NCBI GenBank assembly: GCA_039683575.1
Contig: JBDKRC010000096.1
Coordinates: 1-12,779 of the forward strand
DNA length: 12,779 nt
Direction of reading: 5' to 3'
Source: Armatimonadia bacterium
GTDB taxonomy: Bacteria; Armatimonadota; Zipacnadia; Zipacnadales; UBA11051
Both the position numbers and the translations under genes were made by a program. Position 1 is the first letter of the stretch. Each line of letters opens with the position of its first letter. Positions 6,351 through 12,779 of the stretch are shown piece by piece. Below the pieces are notes generated by a model that did not search any database, was not told where the DNA came from, and saw only the letters and a list, made by a program, of their open reading frames with translations.

Positions 6351-7433
6351 ATGGACCTGACCGACGCCTGGCTGACGCTCAACGCCTCCGGGCTCTCGCC
6401 CTTGCGCCAGCGCAAGTTGCTGGGCGCGTTTGGTGATGCTCCCGAGATCATCAGTGCCACGGATGCCGAACTGACGCAGGTTGACGGCATCACCGCCGTC
6501 CACGTGCAGATGCTCCGCCGGGCTGAACGTGAACTGGACCTGCCGGACCTCCGCCAGCGCCTGGTCTATTACGAAGTCACGCTGCTGCCGCTCACCAGCC
6601 CGGACTACCCGAAGCACCTGCGAGACATGACGGACCCGCCGCCGCTGCTGTTTGTGCAGGGCGATATCACCAGGCGGGACGAACTGGCGGTGGCGCTGGT
6701 CGGCACTAGAAAGTGCAGTCCCTATGGCGCGATGGTTGCCCGCCGTCTCGCTGCGGATCTCGCCCGCCGGGGCTTTACCATAGTCAGCGGCATGGCGCTG
6801 GGAGTTGACGCGGAGGCCCATCAGGGGGCTCTGGAGGGCAATGGCCGCACCATCGCCGTCATGGCCTCTGGCAGCGACATAACCTATCCTTCGAGCCACC
6901 GCGAACTGCGCAAACAGATTGCCCGGAGCGGTGCAGTGGTCACCGAGTACGCCTTCGGCACCGAGCCGCTCAGAGAGCGTTTTCCGGACCGCAACCGCCT
7001 GATCGCGGGCTTCAGCCTCGGGACGCTCGTGATCGAGGCGCCAAGCAAGAGCGGGGCGCTCATCACCGCCGGCCTTGCGGCTGAGTATGGCCGACAGGTG
7101 CTGGCTGTGCCCGGCAGCATCGACAGCCCGATGAGCCATGGCTGCCATGAACTGATCAAAGACGGCGCGCAGCTTGTCGAAGTGGTGGAGGATGTCATCG
7201 CGGGCCTGGGCATCATGCCGGAGGCGGCGCCGGTAGAGCGGCCACGGGCAGATGTACAAGTCTCGGGCGAGGAGCAAGCGGTCATTGAGGCCCTGAGCTT
7301 TCAGCCCCGCCACGTGGACGAAGTAGTGACCGAATCCGGCCTGCCGATCTCGAAGATCAACTCCGCGCTCATGCTTCTTGAGATGAAGGGGTTAGTAAGA
7401 CGCTTTCCAGGGAACACCTACGTAAGGATTTGA
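6351..7433 (+). CDS. dprA: DNA-processing protein DprA (Smf), about 360 aa
   Basis: Family motifs YPKHL...DPPPLLFVQG, VALVGTRKCSPYG, IVSGMALGVDAEAH, FPDRNRLIAG, VIEAPSKSGALITA, GCHELIKDGA and the C-terminal winged helix LMLLEMKGLV. Start set at ATG 6351 because the upstream extension crosses REP/hairpin DNA. Confidence 0.96.
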   Translation: MDLTDAWLTLNASGLSPLRQRKLLGAFGDAPEIISATDAELTQVDGITAVHVQMLRRAERELDLPDLRQRLVYYEVTLLPLTSPDYPKHLRDMTDPPPLLFVQGDITRRDELAVALVGTRKCSPYGAMVARRLAADLARRGFTIVSGMALGVDAEAHQGALEGNGRTIAVMASGSDITYPSSHRELRKQIARSGAVVTEYAFGTEPLRERFPDRNRLIAGFSLGTLVIEAPSKSGALITAGLAAEYGRQVLAVPGSIDSPMSHGCHELIKDGAQLVEVVEDVIAGLGIMPEAAPVERPRADVQVSGEEQAVIEALSFQPRHVDEVVTESGLPISKINSALMLLEMKGLVRRFPGNTYVRI

Positions 7434-7476
7434 CCTTAAGGGTGGAAGGGCTCTCTAGAGCCCGCTCGCGCGGCCC

Positions 7477-7502
7477 GGAACATTTGCTCAAAGCCCGGCG
7501 TC
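7477..7502 (+). promoter_or_regulatory. Candidate ECF-sigma promoter upstream of topA
   Basis: GGAAC (7477-7481), 17-bp spacer, CGTC (7499-7502); fits the AAC...CGT pattern of ECF promoters. Confidence 0.45.
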
Positions 7503-7554
7503 AGCAAGTGACCGTGAACCAACAACTTCTAGTAATAGGGAACTGGTAGAGCTT

Positions 7555-10128
7555 GTGGCAAAAGCAGCAATCATAGTTGAGTCTCCCACCAAGACCAAAA
7601 CCCTCAGCGGCTTCTTGGGCAAGGATTACGTACTCCTGGCCTCGATGGGCCATGTCCGCGATCTTCCGGAAAAGGACCTGGCAGTGGATGTCGAGCATGA
7701 CTTCCAGCCAGAGTATGTGACCATTCCGCGGCAGAAGAAGACCATCACGAAGCTCAAGCAGGACCTCAAGGGTATCAAAGAGGTCTACCTCGCCTCTGAC
7801 CCTGATCGCGAGGGGGAGGCAATCGCCTGGCATCTGGCCGAGGCGCTCGGGCTCAAGGATGCCAAGCGCATCGAGTTCAACGAGATCACCGAGGAAGCCG
7901 TCAAGAACGCTCTGGCCCATCCGCGTGAGATCAACCTCAAGCGCGTGGACGCCCAGCAGGCACGTCGCATCCTCGACCGCCTCGTTGGTTACCAGATCAG
8001 CCCGCTGCTATGGCGCAAGATCGGCGGCAAGGCACAGACGGCCCTCTCGGCCGGACGGGTGCAGTCCGCGGCTCTCAAGCTCATCTGCGAGCGCGAGCGC
8101 GAGATTGCGGCCTTTAACCCCGAAGAGTACTGGTCGCTCGAAGTCGACCTCAGCCCCCAGGGAAAGAGCAGTCCCTTCCGCGCCACCGTGAAGAGCAAGG
8201 ACGGGCAGGATCTGGAGCTCAAGAACGAGGAGCAGGTCAAGCCGCTTGCCGACGAGCTTGGCGCGTTGCAGTACGCCGTCGAAAAGGTCGAGCGCAAGCC
8301 GCGCACCCGTAACCCCCAGCCGCCCTTCATCACCAGCAGCCTGCAGCGCCAGGCCGCGAATGAACTGCACTTCTCCGCCCGCAAGACCATGACCGTCGCC
8401 GAACAGCTCTATCAGGGCATCGAGATCGGCGACGAGACGGTCGGTCTTATCACCTACATGCGCACTGACTCCACCCGCGTGGCGGATCAGGCCGTGGCGC
8501 AGGTGCGGGAGCTCATCACAGACCAGTTCGGCGAGGGCTACATCGGCCCCGGCGCCAGGGGAAAGAAGGCCAAGGGCGCCCAGGAGGCGCACGAGGCCAT
8601 CCGCCCGTCTTACGTGATGCGGCTTCCTGAGGACGTCGAGCCATACCTCGAAAAGGACCAGGCCGCGCTCTACCAGCTCATCTGGCGGCGCTTCGTGGCC
8701 AGCCAGATGGCAGCGGCGAAGCTCGAACAGGTCGCCGTGGATATCGTGGGCAAGCCGGCTGAAGCCGGGGGTGGCAGCTACGGCCTCCGCGCCACCGGCT
8801 CGACGGTCACCTTCCCCGGCTACCTTGCGGTCATGCCGGAGAAGGAAGAAGACAAGGAAGTCGGTGTCCTCGGCGAGCTTGTGGCCGACCAACCGCTTGA
8901 TCTGGTTGAAGTCTATCCCGAGCAGCATTTCACCAAGCCGCCGCCGCGCTACACTGAAGCGACGCTCGTGCAGGAACTCGAAGAAAACGGCATTGGCCGG
9001 CCGAGCACCTACGCCGCAATCATTGAGACCCTCCGCCAGCGCAAGTATGCGACCATGAAGGAGCGGGCCTTTGTGGCGACCGCCACGGGCTGCTCCGTGT
9101 ATGACTACCTGACCGACTTCTTCCCCCACGTGGTGGACATTGACTTCACCTCCCGCGTGGAAGAGGACCTCGACGAGGTCGAAGAGGGCGGCGTCAACTG
9201 GGTTGAGCTACTCCGGCGCTACAACGACGACCTTGAGGCCCAGCTTGCAGAGGCGCGCAGCGAGAAGCCGCATGAGCTTGAGGGCGAGGTTTGCCCCAAG
9301 TGCGGCGGCAAGCTGCTGATCCGCTATTCGCTGCACGGCAAGTTCGCCGGCTGCGAAAAGTACCCCGAGTGCGACTACACCCGCGACCTCAGCCCGAAGA
9401 TCGCTTCCGCCAAGGAAGCCGCAGAGCCTGTGGGACGCGACTGCCCGGACTGTAGCTTGCCGCTGCTTTACCGCACCGGTTTCCGGGGCAGCAAGTTCAT
9501 CGCCTGCAGCGGTTACCCGAAGTGTACCTATAAAGAGAAACTGGACGCTGAGGGCAACCCCGTGCGGGTTGTCGCGCCTGAGCCGAGCGGCGTGCTCTGC
9601 GAGAAGTGCGGCGCGATGATGGTCATCCGCATCAGCAAGCGCGGCCCGTTCCTGGGCTGCAGCAAGTTCCCACGCTGCCGCAGCACCATGCCGATCGAAA
9701 AGATGCATGAAGCGGGCAAGGCGGCTGCCACGGCGGATGCCGAGGCAGCACCTGTGACCCTTCCGGATGACGATGCTGCGCCCGCCGCAGCCGAAGCCTC
9801 ACCCGCCCCGAAGCCCGCGACCGGCAGCAATGGGGAGCTAAACCTCGCCTGCGACAAGTGCGGCGCGCCGATGGTGATCCGCAAGAGCAACCGCGGGCCA
9901 TTCGTAGCCTGCTCAGGTTACCCCGCCTGCAAGAATGCCAAGCCGATGAGCGCGGCATATGAGGCCGGCTACGAGAAGCCCGCAGCGCAGGAGTTGGAGG
10001 AAAAGTGCCCCGAGTGCGGGAAGACGCTCCTCGTGAGGGAGAGCAAGCGCGGCAAGTTCGTGGGCTGCAGCGGCTATCCCAAGTGCAAATACGCGCGGGA
10101 CTTCGCCGAAAGCAGCAAGGACGAGTAA
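7555..10128 (+). CDS. topA: DNA topoisomerase I (type IA) with five C4 zinc ribbons, 857 aa
   Basis: Toprim motifs IIVESPTK and ASDPDREGEAIAWH, SAGRVQS, catalytic GLITYMRTDS, AQEAHEAIRP, GIGRPSTYA, and five C-terminal CxxC...C..[YF]P.C repeats. GTG start; dprA-topA synteny. Confidence 0.98.
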   Translation: MAKAAIIVESPTKTKTLSGFLGKDYVLLASMGHVRDLPEKDLAVDVEHDFQPEYVTIPRQKKTITKLKQDLKGIKEVYLASDPDREGEAIAWHLAEALGLKDAKRIEFNEITEEAVKNALAHPREINLKRVDAQQARRILDRLVGYQISPLLWRKIGGKAQTALSAGRVQSAALKLICEREREIAAFNPEEYWSLEVDLSPQGKSSPFRATVKSKDGQDLELKNEEQVKPLADELGALQYAVEKVERKPRTRNPQPPFITSSLQRQAANELHFSARKTMTVAEQLYQGIEIGDETVGLITYMRTDSTRVADQAVAQVRELITDQFGEGYIGPGARGKKAKGAQEAHEAIRPSYVMRLPEDVEPYLEKDQAALYQLIWRRFVASQMAAAKLEQVAVDIVGKPAEAGGGSYGLRATGSTVTFPGYLAVMPEKEEDKEVGVLGELVADQPLDLVEVYPEQHFTKPPPRYTEATLVQELEENGIGRPSTYAAIIETLRQRKYATMKERAFVATATGCSVYDYLTDFFPHVVDIDFTSRVEEDLDEVEEGGVNWVELLRRYNDDLEAQLAEARSEKPHELEGEVCPKCGGKLLIRYSLHGKFAGCEKYPECDYTRDLSPKIASAKEAAEPVGRDCPDCSLPLLYRTGFRGSKFIACSGYPKCTYKEKLDAEGNPVRVVAPEPSGVLCEKCGAMMVIRISKRGPFLGCSKFPRCRSTMPIEKMHEAGKAAATADAEAAPVTLPDDDAAPAAAEASPAPKPATGSNGELNLACDKCGAPMVIRKSNRGPFVACSGYPACKNAKPMSAAYEAGYEKPAAQELEEKCPECGKTLLVRESKRGKFVGCSGYPKCKYARDFAESSKDE

Positions 10129-10136
10129 CCTACCCT

Positions 10137-10163
10137 TGCCATCCTGAGTGAAGCGAAGGATCT
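10137..10163 (+). repeat. CGTC/TGTC-type REP-like palindromic repeat
   Basis: TGCCATCCTGAGTGAAGCGAAGGATCT with an ATCCT/AGGAT stem. It closely resembles the widespread intergenic repeat TGTCATCCTGAGCGAAGCGAAGGATCT (recalled, not searched). Confidence 0.65.
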
Positions 10164-10184
10164 CCGCCTAACGAACGCCTCCGC

Positions 10185-12596
10185 ATGAACGAACCCAACG
10201 TGAACCCACACCCGGCCTCAGCCCCGCGCCTGCCCCTGTTGGTGGCGGTCTTCTGTACCGCCCTGTCGGTGCTCGCCTTCGAGGTGGCCCTCTCACGTGC
10301 CTTTTCGGTTCTGTTGCGGTATCACTTCGTCTTCCTCGCCATCTCGCTGGCCACCAGCGGCATCGGCCTCGGCGGCCTGCTTGACTACCTGACCGACCGC
10401 TGGTTCCACCGCACGCTGACGCCGCTCACCCACCTGTCCCTGCGCGCCGCACTCCTGGCTGCGCTATACCCTCTCACCATCTACCTGCTGTTCGCCACGC
10501 CACTGGCAGCCCACCTGACCTCCGTCTGGGTGGTCAGCGGCCTGTGCATTCTGCCCTTCCTGGTCGCCGGCTCACTCCTCAGCCGCATCTTTGCCGAACA
10601 CTCCCAGGCGGGCGGCACGCTGTACTTTGCCGACCTGGTCGGCGCCGCACTGGGTAGCTTCCTCGTCATCGCGGCCCTGCAGGCCCTGGGCGCTACCAAT
10701 GTACCCTTCGTCTGCGGGATGCTGGCGGCTCTGGCGGCGGTGGGCCTCGCCTACAGCGGCCGCGCCACCACCCCCGCACGTGCCCTGAGCGTCATACTCT
10801 GGCCCGCCCTGCTGGCCCTGCTGCTGGCCAACGCCCATGGAAAGTACCTCGACCTGCCCGTCATGCCCGTGCGTGACGACCCCGCCGCCAAGCCGCTCTA
10901 TCAGGAGCTCGGCGACCCCCGCATCGGCGCAAAGATCGTCTACAGCGAGTGGAATGCCTTCGCCCGCACCGATGTGGTCAGCAACGCCCGCGCGAACGGC
11001 ACCACGGACCCGAAAGACGATCTGTATATCTACACTGACGGTGAAGTCCCTACCAACATGCTCTGGTATCCGGGCAAGATGGCGCCGCTGGGCTCGCGCC
11101 TGCGCAGCTTCATCGGTTTCCCCGCCTTTGAGTGGTTCCGCCCCGAAAAGGCGCTCCTGATCGGCCCCGGCGGGGGCCTGGACATCCTCCTCGCCGCGGC
11201 AGTAGGCACCAGGCAGATTGACGGCGTCGAACTGAACCCCTCGATCCCGCGGATCGTGCGCAAGTTCGGGGACTTCAACGGCCACCTGTACGACCGGCAG
11301 AATGTGCGCATCTTTGTGGATGAGGGCCGTAGCTTCGTCCGCCGCTCCCCGGACCAGTATGACCTCATCTACATGGCCCTCACCAAGACCGCAACCACGG
11401 CGAGCAACTCCCTCGCGCTCGTCGAGGGCTATATCTACACTCGCGAGGCGTTCGAGGACTACTTGGCGCACCTGACCCCCAACGGTAAGGTGGCGCTGGT
11501 CTTCCAGGAGCCGTCCCTGCTGCTGCGGACGATGCTGACGGCTCTGGAGGCCCTTGAGCGGGACGGCAAGTCCCGCCAGGAGGCGCTCGACTGCGTCATG
11601 GCGATCTCGATGCCTGAGGCTTTCCAGGGTCTTGGGCCATACCGCCACCTGCTGGTCATCTCAAAGTCGCCCTTTACCCTCGCCGAGAGCCAGAAATGCG
11701 CCTCGCAGACCATTGCCCTCGGCTTTGACCCCGCATACTTCCCCGGCGCCTTTGAGCCGGTGCCATTCTCCTGGCTGACCCAGAAGAACGCGACCACGCC
11801 GCAGTTCATCCAGGCTTGGAACGACTGGATGTTCGGCGCCCAGCACCTCAATATCTACCCCCGCACCGACGACCAGCCCTTCGTGGTGGACATGACCTTC
11901 CACATGCCCGGCCAGTTCTGGTGGCTGCTGGTCGGGGCGCTGGCGCTCGGAGCGATCTTCTCGGTAGTCGCAATCAGCCAGCAACGAAGCGGCGGCGCCA
12001 CCGCCGGCCTTGGCGCCGCGGTCGTCTACTTCGCCTGCCTCGGCGTCGGCTTCATGGTGGTCGAGATCAGCCTCATCCAGAAACTGGTCCTATATCTCGG
12101 CTATCCCGTGCTTAGTCTCTCCGTGATTCTCTTCTCCCTGCTGCTCGGCGGGGGCAGTGGCAGCCTGCTCAGCCAGCGCTGGGGCACGGATCGCGCCCGC
12201 TGGGTCGCGGGCTACGCCGCGCTTGCAGTGGTGCTCTACGGTCTGGCGCTGCAATATGGCAGCCACCCGGTCATCGCCGCCACCCTCGGCCTCGACATCC
12301 GCGTGCGCTCGCTCATCACGATGGTGCTGCTCCTGCCGCTGGGCTTTGCGCTCGGGATGCCCTTCCCGACGGGTCTGCGCGCCATCGGCAGCCGCGCGGA
12401 GCGCTTCGTGCCGTGGATGTGGGGCGTCAACGGCCTCCTGTCGGTCGTCGGCTCGGTCGGCGCCATGATCATGGCCAAGTTCTGGGGCTTCTCGACCACG
12501 CTGCTCGCCGGCTGGGGCATCTACGCCCTGGTGGCGGCCCTGTGTCTCACCGGAACGATTTTCCTCCCGCAGGAGAAGAAGACGGAGCTGCATTGA
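10185..12596 (+). CDS. Polytopic membrane protein with a central spermidine-synthase-like class I SAM-binding domain, 803 aa
   Basis: About 7 N-terminal and about 7 C-terminal hydrophobic helices (LYFADLVGAALG; FACLGVGFMVVEI; LGFALGMPFPTG; WMWGVNGLLSVVGS) flanking ALLIGPGGGLDI, IDGVELNP, VDEGRSFV, YDLI and YIYTREAF motifs. Confidence 0.88.
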   Translation: MNEPNVNPHPASAPRLPLLVAVFCTALSVLAFEVALSRAFSVLLRYHFVFLAISLATSGIGLGGLLDYLTDRWFHRTLTPLTHLSLRAALLAALYPLTIYLLFATPLAAHLTSVWVVSGLCILPFLVAGSLLSRIFAEHSQAGGTLYFADLVGAALGSFLVIAALQALGATNVPFVCGMLAALAAVGLAYSGRATTPARALSVILWPALLALLLANAHGKYLDLPVMPVRDDPAAKPLYQELGDPRIGAKIVYSEWNAFARTDVVSNARANGTTDPKDDLYIYTDGEVPTNMLWYPGKMAPLGSRLRSFIGFPAFEWFRPEKALLIGPGGGLDILLAAAVGTRQIDGVELNPSIPRIVRKFGDFNGHLYDRQNVRIFVDEGRSFVRRSPDQYDLIYMALTKTATTASNSLALVEGYIYTREAFEDYLAHLTPNGKVALVFQEPSLLLRTMLTALEALERDGKSRQEALDCVMAISMPEAFQGLGPYRHLLVISKSPFTLAESQKCASQTIALGFDPAYFPGAFEPVPFSWLTQKNATTPQFIQAWNDWMFGAQHLNIYPRTDDQPFVVDMTFHMPGQFWWLLVGALALGAIFSVVAISQQRSGGATAGLGAAVVYFACLGVGFMVVEISLIQKLVLYLGYPVLSLSVILFSLLLGGGSGSLLSQRWGTDRARWVAGYAALAVVLYGLALQYGSHPVIAATLGLDIRVRSLITMVLLLPLGFALGMPFPTGLRAIGSRAERFVPWMWGVNGLLSVVGSVGAMIMAKFWGFSTTLLAGWGIYALVAALCLTGTIFLPQEKKTELH

Positions 12597-12653
12597 AGCA
12601 GTTGCCAGGGCACCTGATACATACTTGTTACTTGCACGCTGTCAAAGCGGGGC

Positions 12654-12779
12654 TGTCAACGCAAAGTAGAAATGTCCCTCTATCTGCCAGCTAGAAATGT
12701 CCCTTTGTAGGACTTGCGCCAGGGGTGGTCGGAGGCGGGTTGGTGGCCTGTCGGCTTGTGCGCCCTTGGTTGGGAGGCC
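12654..12779 (-). mobile_element. Right end of an IS1202-family (ISNCY) insertion sequence, truncated by the window edge
   Basis: Terminus TGTCAACGCAAAGTAGAAATGTCCCT at 12654, with the 13-mer TAGAAATGTCCCT repeated at 12667-12679 and 12692-12704 (25-bp period). It overlaps the 3' end of a reading frame carrying an HPWR motif. Confidence 0.85.
12680..12778 (-). CDS. C-terminal 32 aa of an IS1202/ISNCY-family transposase (partial)
   Basis: Manual translation: ...ASQPRAHKPTGHQPASDHPWRKSYKGTFLAGR-stop (TAG at 12682-12680). PxxDHPWR is the typical C-terminal motif of these transposases. Confidence 0.8.
   Translation of the reverse strand, partial: ASQPRAHKPTGHQPASDHPWRKSYKGTFLAGR

Noticed and set aside
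6351..10128. dprA-topA adjacency as a novel system
   Set aside because: This is a well-known, widely conserved gene pair.
10185..12596. Gene symbol speE
   Set aside because: The multi-TM architecture and missing catalytic Asp do not support canonical spermidine synthase.
12611..12648. dif/xrs site next to the IS end
   Set aside because: Only TGTCAAAG resembles a XerD arm. The inner TAA-N6-TTA signature is absent.

Overview
High-GC bacterial chromosomal region with seven co-directional + strand genes. In order: a secreted TPR protein, a non-catalytic M16B peptidase subunit, a PQQ/BamB-like beta-propeller with Gly-Met-Pro repeats, a LapA-like membrane protein, dprA, topA and an 803-aa membrane-embedded spermidine-synthase-like SAM-binding protein. 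A consensus sigma70 promoter (TTGACA-N18-TATAAT) precedes the first gene. The right edge holds the right end of an IS1202/ISNCY-type insertion sequence on the - strand, which the ORF track misses. The left edge probably holds the start of a divergent gene whose ribosome-binding site lies inside a long hairpin. Intergenic spaces carry GTAG-type and CGTC-type REP-like palindromes. The best candidate for an undescribed system is the four-gene envelope module (TPR, inactive M16, propeller, LapA-like), but its function is inferred only. All calls come from reading motifs by eye; no database searches were run.
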